This document shows, piece after piece, positions 16,774 through 26,851 of a stretch of DNA of 64,000 nucleotides. Numbering within the stretch: the stretch's first letter is position 1; the number at the start of each line of letters is the position of its first letter. A program made the translations under genes and the position numbers. The notes beneath the pieces were generated by a model, which was not told the DNA's origin, made no database searches, and worked only from the letters and a program-made list of their open reading frames with translations. Source of the stretch: Dehalococcoidia bacterium (GTDB lineage: Bacteria; Chloroflexota; Dehalococcoidia; Lucifugimonadales; VXLM01); NCBI GenBank assembly GCA_963662435.1, contig OY759598.1, forward strand, positions 3,879,923 to 3,943,922. Reading direction: 5' to 3'.

Positions 16774-19122
16774 ATGGGAGAGGTCGACAGGCTGAGGGCG
16801 CGCCTCGCCATGATGAGCGAGGTCAGCCGCCGCATAACCCAGAGCTGGGACCTCAACACCGTTCTTCAGGAGGTGGTGGACGGAGCCCGTTCGCTGACCG
16901 ATGCCCGCTACGGCGCAGTCGGGGTGTTCGACGAATCCGGCCGGATTCGAGAGTTCATCACCTCCGGAATCACCGTTGAACAGAGTCGGCTATTGGGAGA
17001 ACCGCCCAGGGGCTTGGGTGTCCTCGGCTACCTGAACGAGGTACAAGGGCCTCTGCGACTCGCGGACCTCTCCCAGCACTCCCACTCCGTGGGCTTCCCC
17101 GAGAACCATCCGCCTATGAAGACCTTCCTCGGAGTGCCCATCCTCCATGCGGGCGAACCTGTCGGCAACATCTACCTCACGGAGAAGAAGGACGGTGAGG
17201 AGTTTTTGGAAGAAGACGAAGAGACCCTGGTGATGTTCGCTTCACAGGCTGCAATCGCCATCGGCAACGCCCTCAGGTATCGGGAAGAGCAACGGTCCAG
17301 GGACGAGATGGAAACCGAGAGGCGTCGATTGGCGGCGCTGGTCGAGTCGTCGCCCGTGGGCGTCATGGTTGTCGACGCGGCCACAAGGACCTTCGCGTCG
17401 GTCAACCAGGAGGCCGAGCGTATCCTGGGCATGTCGCCCGAGCCCGGCTCCACGCTCGTGCGGTACCACGAGGTGGCCATCTACCGGCGGACTGACGGCA
17501 AGAAGTACGAGGGTCACGACCGTCCGCTCGCAAGGGCGCTGGACCGCGGCGAGGTTGTGCGGGCAGAGGAGATCCTGTTCGACCTCCCGGACGGGCGAAG
17601 GGTGACGACCCTTGTCAACGCGACGCCGATCTACTCCGATGACGGGAAGATAGTATCGGCAGTCGCCGTTATCCAGGACATGACACCCCTGGAAGAGATC
17701 GAACGGCTGCGCAATGAGTTTCTCGCGATGGTCAGTCATGAACTGCGGACCCCTCTGACCACCATCAAGGGATGCACAAGTATCGTGCTGGGCAGTTCGG
17801 ACCCGATGGACATCTCCGAGGTGCTTCAGTACTTCCGAATGATAGACGAGCAGTCCGATCACCTGCGCGGCCTCGTCAACAACCTCCTCGACATGACGCG
17901 GATAGAGGCGGGAGCCTTGTCGGTAACTCTCAAACCCACGGATGTGAAGTCCTTGGTCGACGAGGCGAAGGCGGCGTTCCTCCGCCGGGGAGCTCGGAAC
18001 ACCGTTGAAGTGGACCTTGACCCGGACCTGCCTTCAGTCTCTGCGGACAAGAGGCGCATCACCCAGGTGATGGACAATCTGCTGTCCAATGCCGCCAAGT
18101 ACTCGCCGGAGTTCTCCACGATCAGGGTGACCGGATCGCGGGAGGGCAATCACGTGCGCATCTCGGTAACGGATGAAGGCATGGGGATCCCTTCCGATCA
18201 GTTGTCGAGGCTGTTCAAGAAATTCTCTCGGATAGATGGCGACAGCCATGAGCGGAAGATTGCGGGCGAGGGTCTGGGGCTTGCGATCTGCAAGGGAATA
18301 GTCGAGGCGCATGGAGGCCGCATTACAGCCGAGAGCGGCGGGGAGGAGCGCGGCACCAGGCTCACGTTCACCATTCCCGAAGCAGCGGATGCCGGTCCGC
18401 TACCCTACGATGGTGTTGCCGCCGCGCCGGGTGATCAGGTTAGAATTCTCGCCGTAGATGATGAGCCTCAAGCACTTTGGCTTCTCAGGAACATTCTCTC
18501 CGAACATGGTTACAAGCTGCTTGGGACCGGCAACCCGGAAGAGATGATGCGGCTAGTGGAGGCGGAGCAGCCCCATCTTGTCTTGCTGGACCTGATGCTT
18601 CCCGGCACCAGCGGATTCGAGCTGATGGGTCGTATCCGCGAGGTGTCCGAGGCGCCGATCATCTTCCTGTCGGCGAACGACCAGGAGGAGAACGTCGTGA
18701 AGGCTCTCTCTATGGGAGCCGAGGACTATATGGTAAAACCCTACTCTTCAACCGAACTGCTCGCGAGAGTCGCGTCGTCACTGCGTAAGCGGAGAGGGAC
18801 CGACGGCAATGTGTCCCGTCAGCCTTATCAGCTGGAAGACTTGACCATCGGATATTCAGACCGCCGAGTGACCGTATCTGGGTGTGTGGTGAAATTGTCC
18901 TCGACGGAGTACAAGCTTCTCTTCGAGTTGTCGATCAGTGCCGGTAGGGTACTGACCCACGACCAGATATTGCAGCGTGTCTGGGGATGGGAGTACTCAG
19001 GGGATGTCGATCTGCTTCGGAGCACCGTCAAGAACCTGCGTCGCAAGCTGGGAGACGATGCCAACGACCCAAGGTACATCTTCACCGAGCCCCGCGTCGG
19101 CTACCGGATGCCAAAGCCGTAG
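16774..19122 (+). CDS. fused sensor histidine kinase + OmpR-type response regulator (GAF-PAS-HisKA-HATPase-REC-winged helix)
   Basis: H-box FLAMVSHELRTPL, N/G boxes NLLSNAAKYSP and GEGLGLAICKGIVEAHGG, REC ILAVDDEP...LVLLDLMLPG, and C-terminal Trans_reg_C LTHDQILQRVWG...PRVGYRM. The start is taken at Met 16774; the track ORF opens at 16633. Confidence 0.85.
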   Translation: MGEVDRLRARLAMMSEVSRRITQSWDLNTVLQEVVDGARSLTDARYGAVGVFDESGRIREFITSGITVEQSRLLGEPPRGLGVLGYLNEVQGPLRLADLSQHSHSVGFPENHPPMKTFLGVPILHAGEPVGNIYLTEKKDGEEFLEEDEETLVMFASQAAIAIGNALRYREEQRSRDEMETERRRLAALVESSPVGVMVVDAATRTFASVNQEAERILGMSPEPGSTLVRYHEVAIYRRTDGKKYEGHDRPLARALDRGEVVRAEEILFDLPDGRRVTTLVNATPIYSDDGKIVSAVAVIQDMTPLEEIERLRNEFLAMVSHELRTPLTTIKGCTSIVLGSSDPMDISEVLQYFRMIDEQSDHLRGLVNNLLDMTRIEAGALSVTLKPTDVKSLVDEAKAAFLRRGARNTVEVDLDPDLPSVSADKRRITQVMDNLLSNAAKYSPEFSTIRVTGSREGNHVRISVTDEGMGIPSDQLSRLFKKFSRIDGDSHERKIAGEGLGLAICKGIVEAHGGRITAESGGEERGTRLTFTIPEAADAGPLPYDGVAAAPGDQVRILAVDDEPQALWLLRNILSEHGYKLLGTGNPEEMMRLVEAEQPHLVLLDLMLPGTSGFELMGRIREVSEAPIIFLSANDQEENVVKALSMGAEDYMVKPYSSTELLARVASSLRKRRGTDGNVSRQPYQLEDLTIGYSDRRVTVSGCVVKLSSTEYKLLFELSISAGRVLTHDQILQRVWGWEYSGDVDLLRSTVKNLRRKLGDDANDPRYIFTEPRVGYRMPKP

Positions 19123-19269
19123 CTTGGCGAGCAACGCCGCTGCTGTCCCGGAGAGTTGACGATGGACTCGAATCCCGTGGGTCGTCTGAGAGACTCTCGG
19201 TCCTCGAAGCCATCCTTCACGGGAGAGCCGGGGCGGGCTGCAATCGGTAACATTTGGAGTAGCTAGAAA

Positions 19270-19827
19270 TTGTCTACCTTCCCGAACATACTTTGGACAA
19301 CTGTGGCCCTCGTGGCCGGAGCCTGGATCGGACTGAAGTTCCCGGACATTGACCAGTCTACCGACCTCCTTCTGCATCGCTCGATCTTCACCCATGGCCC
19401 TCTCTTTCCCTTGGTTTTGTACCTAGCCGGGCAGAACGCTCGACATCCCTCAGCCCGACTTTTTCCGATGTACCTATGCTTGGGATTCGTCGTCCACATG
19501 GCGTTTGATCTGTTTCCTGCTGGATGGTCAGGCTTCGCCCTGGTTAGCATACCTCTGTATGGTTGGCTTCCCGGCTGGGCCTCCATCGTGTGGCTGGCAG
19601 GAAGTGTCTTCTCATGCGCTTACTTGGCAGCGCGACTGGCCCAGGGGTTGTTGCAAGTAGCGCTGCTTGCAATTGGAACGGCTGTCATATTTGTGGTGGC
19701 GGCGCCCGGAGAGCGCGTGGTTATCGGGCCGCTGCTGGTTGTGGCGGCGTCCCTGGCTATAGGTTCGGCCGTGAGCATGTTCAGGGGTACGGAAGACCAA
19801 GTTGGTACACGGAGAGAGTACCAGTGA
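19270..19827 (+). CDS. membrane protein, possibly DUF457/YdjM-like membrane-bound metal-dependent hydrolase
   Basis: 185-aa ORF with 5 TM spans. FPDIDQ...LLHRSIFTHGP resembles the His/Asp motifs of that family. Confidence 0.5.
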   Translation: MSTFPNILWTTVALVAGAWIGLKFPDIDQSTDLLLHRSIFTHGPLFPLVLYLAGQNARHPSARLFPMYLCLGFVVHMAFDLFPAGWSGFALVSIPLYGWLPGWASIVWLAGSVFSCAYLAARLAQGLLQVALLAIGTAVIFVVAAPGERVVIGPLLVVAASLAIGSAVSMFRGTEDQVGTRREYQ

Positions 19828-20099
19828 CTGTTCGGGTAGGTTACAAGTCCGGCTGCAAACCGGGTTGCGGATGGTGGTGTGATGGTTAATAGATCCGCAA
19901 GGGCCATGACCGCAGATGGAACTTCGGAGCCTGCTGTGTCTCCGTCAGCCTTTCAGATGTAGGATTTGGCGTTGAGTGGCGGTTACTCGGATACCTACCC
20001 GCTCCACTATGGAGTGACGCAGACTACTCCTGGACCGCTGGGCACCAATTTACATGTTCTTTCGGCTTGTCCTACATACCTCATGGTTCGATTCTGTCC

Positions 20100-20265
20100 G
20101 AGGTGGCGATTTCCGTCTTCCCACTGGATAAAGAGTACGGAGGCGGGGACTATGATGGCGAAGAGAAGCGTGGACGTAGGATCACAAGTTAGCATTGGCC
20201 TGGTTGAGTTCCAGTGACATTGACTGGCGCGATTGTTGCTTTCGGTCCACTGTCGGTCAGGTAAG
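20100..20265 (+). pseudogene. degraded inverted copy of the 3684-4229 / 3133-3687 gene junction
   Basis: About 80% nucleotide identity by eye with the reverse complement of about 3640-3800. It encodes ..VFPLDKEYGGGDYDGEEKRGRR.. and MTLTGAIVAFGPLSV, with frame breaks. Confidence 0.7.
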
Positions 20266-20267
20266 AC

Positions 20268-20623
20268 TCGAACCGATCCCTGATAGGCAGTTTCGGCCAC
20301 CAACCGCTCATTTGCCGGGAAAGTTCAGGCCGGAGACGATGATGGTGGTGTCGAGGACGACTCTCATGCACGGGCCGAGCCGACCTCGGCCCGGTACTCT
20401 TCCACCAGATCGGGCTACGTCCTCAGGTCCAATGCCCTTCTTCCTGGCCCTCTCCTCTCCGTATCGGAGTAGCTGAATCCACTCCAACTCCTCGATGTAG
20501 TGGAGCAGCGCCTCCCAAAAGGAACTCGCTCATGGACCGTCCCTGCTACTTCATTACCGCGTGCACCCGATCCGCCATGTCCGGCGGCAGCGAGAAGGTG
20601 ATGGCCTTGGTCGTTCGCGACAT
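20268..20623 (-). pseudogene. degraded vapB(RHH)-vapC(PIN) toxin-antitoxin remnant
   Basis: MSRTTKAITFSLPPDMADRVHAVMK(stop), then ..GRSMSEF.. / EALLHYIEELEWIQLLRYGEERARKKGIGPEDVA in shifted frames, followed by MRVVLDTTIIVSGLNFPGK(stop). Confidence 0.6.
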
Positions 20624-20744
20624 AGTCACCCCCAGTTAGTGAGTCTTACTATGATCTTGCGACAATAGTTGAGCTACCGTCTGCCGCGCTGGGCTCGCGC
20701 GCAGTCCCCCCTCACAGGGCGAAAGAAAACATGGGGATGCCGAT

Positions 20745-20990
20745 GGTGTTTTACCCGTGTACAGCAATCGTGAGGAGGAAGACCAGATGCAGTCGGACGA
20801 TTCCGTAGCTGAAATCGGGGTAAGCGGGGCATCCTGTCCCATTGGACTAAGCATTTCGATCCCAGCGCCCCTTACACGCTCATGGGACAGCGTCAGCTAG
20901 CCGATGGGGAAACTGGAACGTGGCTTTGGAGATCGTGATGGAGCAGTGCCCCAGCTACGGAGTGGGGAAGTTGGAACATGGCCATCCGTC
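20745..20990 (-). repeat. partial copy D of the dispersed repeat
   Basis: CGTGTACAG, 39 nt, CCGTAGCTGAAATCGGGGTAAGCGGGG has the same spacing as copy C. Similarity beyond that is weak. Confidence 0.4.
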
Positions 20991-21443
20991 CTATGCGAAC
21001 ACTCGCCACGTGAGCAGACCGATGACCACGAGCAGCACTAGGACGACCACGCGGGCAAAATTGAACAGTTGGTTGGTCACCTTGTGCTCGGCAATCTCCT
21101 TCTCGTGCGCCCTCTCAAGCTCATAATGGGCCAGCCGGCCGGCGGAGGCGGCCTCTTTGGTCTCATCCCGCTCACGTTCCAACTCGGATGCTCTGAGCTC
21201 CGACTCAGACAGCTTCCGTTCCAGCTCCCGCACGGTCCGCTCAAGCTCATCCTCCCTGATGATGGCCCTGCGCAGCAACTCCTCGTCGGCGATGTACTCC
21301 CCTTCCATCCGCACGTACACCCTGCGCCCCTCCTGGCGGACCTCCACCTCCCCCGTCCTGATCTTCCGGTCAAGGGTGGACAGAGAGACCTCCAACTCCT
21401 CCGCCGCCTCCGCTTTCGTCACCCACCGGACACGCTCATTCAT
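20991..21443 (-). CDS. excisionase/MerR-like HTH protein with a coiled coil and a C-terminal TM anchor
   Basis: VTKAEAAEELEVSLSTLDRKIRTGEV, a Glu/Arg/Leu-rich heptad-like region, and terminal VVVLVLLVVIGLLTW. Confidence 0.6.
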   Translation of the reverse strand: MNERVRWVTKAEAAEELEVSLSTLDRKIRTGEVEVRQEGRRVYVRMEGEYIADEELLRRAIIREDELERTVRELERKLSESELRASELERERDETKEAASAGRLAHYELERAHEKEIAEHKVTNQLFNFARVVVLVLLVVIGLLTWRVFA

Positions 21444-21584
21444 CGCATCTTCCTCCCCTATCGGCTGACACGTCAGGGTTGCAAAAGTGCAAACAAGTTG
21501 TCATCGGGCCGGTCCAATATTTTAGCACAGGTTCGTATTTTGAAGCCTGATACGTTGCGACACGTCAGTGCGATACGTCAAACC

Positions 21585-21660
21585 TGTTTTGTAGCTGAAT
21601 CAGGGGCAATTGGGCCAGAGTACATGGAACAGCGGTTCCGAATATCACCCCCGCTGCCGC
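21585..21660 (-). repeat. short partial copy E of the dispersed repeat
   Basis: GTTTTGTAGCTGAATCAGGGGCAATTGGG...ACATGGAACAGCGGTTCCGAA resembles blocks of copies A and B. Confidence 0.35.
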
Positions 21661-21737
21661 AACTTTGCAGCCCCCAGACAGCAGGGAGGGCAGATAGCGG
21701 TGCGTCAGCGCTATCTATGTGTCACCCCCTATTAGGA

Positions 21738-22322
21738 CTAGCCCTCTACAGGACGGGGACGCATCCGGTGGTACAGCGAGTCGTAGGTGTAGGAGCTAAG
21801 CTCTGACAGCGCCAGTCGTGGGGAGGCCGGTTCCCACAAGGGACGCCAGGACTCCCCTAGTATCCCAGCCTGTGACAACACGGGCGTGCAGGAGACCAGG
21901 ATGGGCAGCGACATCCGGTTCATCTGGGCGGCGGTGCTGACGTAGGTGTCCTCGACCTCTTCTGTATCCACGACGAACAGCGTGACGGGGTATGGCGGCT
22001 GGTCTTCCTCCGGCTCCGGTGACCAGTAGTAGCTGTTATAGGGTTCGAGGCGGGCGCTGATTCCCCTGGGGTGGCGGGCGCGCAACTCGTGCTCAAGGTA
22101 GAACGGTATCCGAAGACCCTGGGCGGTCATCTGTCCCACGGCGTCAGGGGCTATTGCTGACCGGCCCCAGTTGTAGGCCCGGTCGGACCTGGCGGTGGGA
22201 ACGGACCACTGGAGTTCGCTGTCGGGGTCGGCCCTGGCCTCGGCCTGAAGCTTCGACAGGAACCAGGTGATGCCGTCGGCGTGCTTCGTCTGCCGCGCCC
22301 ACGTCTCGATCCGGTGTCCCAC
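21738..22322 (-). pseudogene. C-terminal part of a Replic_Relax-family protein (5'-truncated)
   Basis: APDAVGQM...GLRIPFYLEHELRARHP...YPVTLFVVDTEE matches the family's PDG...FFLEhDtGtE...yPvLF blocks. The wHTH N-terminus is missing. It abuts the truncated IS1182 transposase. Confidence 0.5.
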
Positions 22323-22379
22323 GTGTCTTCGTCGGCCCTCTTTGTCGGTGGTGAGCAGGGTGATGACGGCCTCTCGTGA

Positions 22380-23625
22380 TTATTGACAATCGGTGGACAT
22401 CCATACCCGATGACGCCTCAACGTCGTGTCGTGGGGACCTATGATTATGTTTCGACCGTTACGAGCCTTGGTACATACTCCAAAGGCTGGGCATGAACGG
22501 CAGATGGTCGGCGAGGCCCGATACACTCGGTACCAGGTTCGGTGGATGAATTGCCGTTGGACGAAGTAGAGAGTCTGTTCCTGTGGACAAGTGTAGCTGT
22601 CGGTGGCCTCGTCATAAGTGAATTGGTCCTTGTGATACGGGTCTCCAAAGGGGAACTGTTGCCGCGGCTCTGGCACTGCCACCTGCTGCTCTCGACGGTC
22701 GCACTCTTCCAGTTGAGCAGCAGCGAAGTATCCGGCGTCGGCCAACGTCATTGGAGCTTTCATCCCCGTGGCTTCCTCGGCCTGTTCCATCATAGGGATC
22801 AATTGGTCATTGTCATGCGTTTGATCCAACACGTCCGCAGCAGTGAGCAGCATTCCGGTCACGGCCCCGTCAGTCTCCATTGGAGAGACCATGACCTGGG
22901 CATTGTAGCCGAGCACGAATATGCTTGGTCGAGCTCTCATCAGCCGGGCGTCTTTATCGGTCAGGTTGATGCGCTTGCGATCCTGCAGAGAACCCAACTC
23001 GTCCAGCGCATGACGGACCTGCTCTCTCAGCGTTCTCTTGTCGGCTAATTCCTCAGGCAGATTGACGGCAGAAGCGTCCTCTCCTCCCTCGTTCTGAGCC
23101 TCAAGGTCGGCTATCGCCTTCTCCACCCGGCCCAATAGCCGACCCAGTTCCTCGGCATTGAGGGTCCTATCCTTTGCTGCATTGGCACCCACCTTTGTTC
23201 CGTCTACCGCCTGAACCGCTAGTTCCACCAACTTCATCGTCACCGCCGTGCGCGCCGTGCGTTCAAACAGCTTCCTCATAGCGTTGCGATACCCTTTGTA
23301 GAACCTCCACAGAGTGTTGTGGTCAGGTTGCTGCCACCCGGTCAGCCACAGATACGGTATCTGGTCTCGGCAGGCTGCCTCCAGCTTCCGGCACGAACGC
23401 ACCCCCGTCATGAACCCGTACAGCCACACGCTCAACAGCGCACGAGGACCGTACGCCGGCGCTCCCAGCGGGTCACCTTCTATCTGTATGCCCTGTCTAG
23501 GCTTCCCTATCCAACGCGTCGACGAACTCTGCCACGAATCGGGCCGGATGATCCAACGGCAAAAGGTCGTCCAGAGTGGGCGGCAACAGCCACGCCTGCT
23601 CTCGGTCCATATCTCGAAGCGGCAT
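22380..23625 (-). pseudogene. IS1182-family transposase, frameshifted near the N-terminus and 3'-truncated
   Basis: [39 protein letters not shown] ends in a stop. It continues in another frame as GIQIEGDPLGAPAYGPRALLSVWLYGFMTGVRSCRKLE...YTCPQEQTL...CRSCPAFGVC. The C-terminal DDE segment is absent. Confidence 0.7.
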
Positions 23626-23896
23626 CTTCTTTCCTCCTACTACAGGATCACCTCAGAAGGTAAACCGAACAGGGTTCCATTTGCCAGTTCCCCTGACTTA
23701 TGAGAAACCCTCGATGCATCGCCGTCTGCCCGTTTGATTGTCTGGGAGTTGCAAGTTGCAACAAAGGTGCCATTCTCGGAGGTCTGACGACGCCGGGGAG
23801 CGGCCGGTTTGGTCATGTCCACTCTGGACCTGATGATGCGGAAGTGAGAGGTCGAGGCCCCGCCTCATGGCGGTCCGGTTGATCATCGGGTACGCC

Positions 23897-24592
23897 CTAT
23901 GTTTCCTCTAGAGCCGCCAGGGTTACCGCTAGGGCCAAGAGATTCTGGGCCGCGTGAGCCGCGAAGGGCGGCCAAATCGACCCTGTCCTCAGGTACAGCC
24001 ACGAAAACAGCAACCCTGTAACGAATAAGGGTATCAAGACTGGGACGCTGGCGTGGGCCCCCGAGAATACCGCCGAGGTCACCACGGCGGCCCTGACTGC
24101 GCCCAAGGGCTTGATTAGGGCGGCGAGCAGGAAGCCTCTGAAGAAGACCTCCTCAATCAGCGGCCCTGCCAGACCGATACCGGCGATGCTCAGGAGCCTC
24201 GCGACGCCCTCGCCTAGCAGCTCGTGGGGAAGGCTCGGCGGGACCAGCATATCGAGACCGAGCGCAGTCACGGTACTAACGTACAGTACCAAAGCCCCCA
24301 GGCTCTCGAGAAGAACGAGCCACGGCAGCAACAGGCCCCGCGGCTGGGGCGGGGCCACGAATCCCAGGGACAGCCATCCAGCTCCGTGCTTGCGGACGCC
24401 GAAAATCCATACCGCCGCCAACAAGCTGGAGTGGGGCAGCACCAGTGACACGGCGGTCAGGGCCGGGCCGGGCTCCAACAGTGCGAGCACGACCGCCGTG
24501 GCCGACGCCGCTACGAAGAGGCCGGACGCGCGAACGACGTCCCACCCGTTCCACGGAACACCCTCTGCCGTCACCGACTCCGGGTCTGTCAT
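23897..24592 (-). CDS. CPBP-family intramembrane glutamic endopeptidase (CAAX protease / Abi-type)
   Basis: EEVFFRGFL, FSGAH and HAAQN motifs in a polytopic membrane protein. The start is taken at Met 24592. Confidence 0.8.
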   Translation of the reverse strand: MTDPESVTAEGVPWNGWDVVRASGLFVAASATAVVLALLEPGPALTAVSLVLPHSSLLAAVWIFGVRKHGAGWLSLGFVAPPQPRGLLLPWLVLLESLGALVLYVSTVTALGLDMLVPPSLPHELLGEGVARLLSIAGIGLAGPLIEEVFFRGFLLAALIKPLGAVRAAVVTSAVFSGAHASVPVLIPLFVTGLLFSWLYLRTGSIWPPFAAHAAQNLLALAVTLAALEET

Positions 24593-24599
24593 GCTCACT

Positions 24600-25054
24600 C
24601 CGGTGCGTCTCATCGTCCGTCGGGTGAAACCCACACCCGGCTCCCAGTTGGCCCTCTTCCACACCTACAGCTACCACGGCTTCATCACCGATAGAGCGAG
24701 TGACACCCTGGAACTGGAGGCTGACCACCGTCGCCATGCCGAGGTGGAGAACGCCATCCGCGACCTGAATTACGGCGTGGGGCTTAACCATCTCCTCTCC
24801 GGCCGCTTCCCCGCCAACGCCGCCTAGCTGGCCATCCAAGTCATGGCCCACAACCTGGCTCGCTGGACGGCGCGCATCGCGCTGGGCCAGCAGATGGTCA
24901 CCACCAAGACCCTCCGTCAGCGCTTCTTCTCCCTGGCTGGCGAATCACCCGCAAGGCCCGCCGCATCATCCTGCACCTTCCCAAGGACTGGCCCTGGCAG
25001 GATCAGGTGAATAGCGTCCTGGTCAAACTGCGCACCCTGCCACTCTCTGCTTGA
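24600..25054 (+). pseudogene. IS1380-family transposase C-terminal fragment
   Basis: RLIVRRVKPTPGSQLALFHTYSYHGFITD...HRRHAEVENAIRDLNYGVGLNHLLSGRFPANAA(TAG in place of W)LAIQVMAHNLARW. After a frameshift it reads RITRKARRIILHLPKDWPWQD. Confidence 0.7.
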
Positions 25055-25255
25055 CGGCCCCGCGCCGCCGGACCCAGGTATCGGACCCTCAGACTCGCGC
25101 CAGATGGCCCGCGAGGGACGACACTTGCCTCGCCACCCGTCAAATCGTGCAAATCTCGGCCCCTGACCGCCTGGGCAACGCCCTCTCGACCGCCAACGAG
25201 GCTCGCCAGCCGTCCCATCGGCGAGAATCACCAGACCCTTCCATCCCTTGGCGCC

Positions 25256-25453
25256 TCATTGCCCATCTTTTCCAACAGACCTTGCCCTATCTGTGGGTTC
25301 GGGCTTACCCAGCCGCTCTAGATCGTCGGCTACTGCCTCGAAGCCACTCATAAAGAGATAGCCGACGGCGATGTCTGCCTTGCCGGAGCTACCCAACATC
25401 TCTTTCAGACGTGCGAGTAGGGTCGGGGCAGTAGTGGCGTGCAGGATGTTCAA
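25256..25453 (-). pseudogene. N-terminal PLD-like fragment of a helicase-type defence protein
   Basis: GKADIAVGYLFMSGFEAV resembles the N-terminal PLD-like motif of SNF2-type helicases. Only about 60 aa remain. Confidence 0.35.
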
Positions 25454-25487
25454 TGCGCCGCCCCGATAGCCGAGTGGGGAGCTGGCA

Positions 25488-25916
25488 TCATTCCTGACCG
25501 TCCCTCAGCAGGGCTACGAAGCCGGCCTGCTCAAAGTCCCGGTCGTAGGCGAGTGCCTCGGTTAGTCCCCGATCCTCCATCACAAGGAAACTCGCGCAGT
25601 CCGTGAGACTCCAGCGCTGGTCACTCCTGGTCGCGTAGTACTCAGCTGCTGCCCTGAACTGTGCTTCCGTCTGAGGGACTATCTCCACGCCGGGATTCTC
25701 CTCCAGCCCCTGCACCGTCTGTGCTGCGAATCGTCGGCGGAACTCGCCAAGGTCTGACATGAAGTTGAGCGCCTCAGTGAGGACCATTTGGGTAGTGACG
25801 ATCTGGACGGTAGACAGGTCAGTCGCCATTTCCCTTGCCCGCTGATGCAACTGGTCGCCGGGGTACATGATCGCTATCCAATAGCCTGAATCGGCAAAGA
25901 GCGTCCGTCTTTGCAT
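25488..25916 (-). CDS. vapC: PIN-domain toxin (VapC-like)
   Basis: Acidic PIN residues in context: FADSGYWIA, LTEAL, SLTDC, AYDRDF. The start ATG at 25916 overlaps the antitoxin stop. Confidence 0.8.
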   Translation of the reverse strand: MQRRTLFADSGYWIAIMYPGDQLHQRAREMATDLSTVQIVTTQMVLTEALNFMSDLGEFRRRFAAQTVQGLEENPGVEIVPQTEAQFRAAAEYYATRSDQRWSLTDCASFLVMEDRGLTEALAYDRDFEQAGFVALLRDGQE

Positions 25917-26170
25917 CAATCTTGTTCCTTTGGATGACCGTAGAGGTAATGCTTCTTGTTCTTGGCTAGGTCGGTAGGTAGGCCGTCCCACATGTCTGGT
26001 GGATAGGATTCGCGCAATCCGTCGACCATTCCCACAATGGCAGCCAGTCCTCCCTGCGGCGACCGGGCCTCCTCAACAGATACGGTGACCTCTGCGCCCT
26101 CTGCAAGGTCCAGAGGCTCCAGCGGGGTGAGCACCCCGTTGGAATACTTTGCCTTCACGTTCGCAATCAT
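25916..26170 (-). CDS. antitoxin, DUF104/AF2212-like
   Basis: MIANVKAKYSNGVLTPLEPLDLAEGAEVTVSV... with a C-terminal HYLYGHPK. It lies directly upstream of the PIN gene. Confidence 0.7.
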   Translation of the reverse strand: MIANVKAKYSNGVLTPLEPLDLAEGAEVTVSVEEARSPQGGLAAIVGMVDGLRESYPPDMWDGLPTDLAKNKKHYLYGHPKEQD

Positions 26171-26614
26171 CGACTGTTCCTCCTGAACCTGATTCTTGCC
26201 ATCCAGTAGACCCCTCCCTTGGTGGAGTGCTACCGAGCCCGGCGGCCAATAACCTCTCCGAAGGGCGATCAGCCTACTTCGGAGACATGGCGGGTATATC
26301 AAGGAAGTCCCTGGACCCGCCGGGATTGACTGTCGGCGGAACACCTGGTCCTGTGGATAACTACCTCTCTCAGGCGCGTGCATTCCATCATCCGTCGGAC
26401 GACCTCGTTCACATAGCAATTATACTTCGAGCATGTAGGTTTACGATACCTCCAAGCAAAGTCATCGCAAACAGCAGGGGTGGTGTCTTGACCCTATCGT
26501 GTGACAATCAGGTATCTGACGGGTTCCATTAACGCTGGACACACTCCACACCGCTGATGCGCAAAAGTAGTCCTTGCGATTTTCTCCACCCCAAGGCATC
26601 GTGGCTTGTCCAAC

Positions 26615-26851
26615 TTACAGAAACTGTTGCCCGGCATGATCTGTGAACGCATCAGCGTCACGGATGTATCGCATGACAGTGGCGGGATTCGTATGACGAG
26701 TAACCTCCATTATCTTGTCCAAGCGTGCATGGTGAACGGCCGCACTGGTGACGAAACCTGCTCTCAGCGAATGCCCCGGTATGTCCTTCGGATTCAGCCC
26801 TACAGCCGCCGCGTAGTGTTTGACAATACGCGGTACATCGCTGTGATGCAT
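26615..26851 (-). pseudogene. tyrosine recombinase (phage integrase family) C-terminal fragment
   Basis: GHSLRAGFVTSA...TRHTNPATVMRYIR retains the HxLR, H and catalytic Y region. Everything N-terminal is missing. Confidence 0.65.

Noticed and set aside
24111-24827. 238-aa plus-strand ORF.
   Set aside because: It is a chimera. Its first two thirds are antisense to the CPBP protease gene. Only its last roughly 75 aa are meaningful, and those are annotated as the IS1380 transposase fragment.
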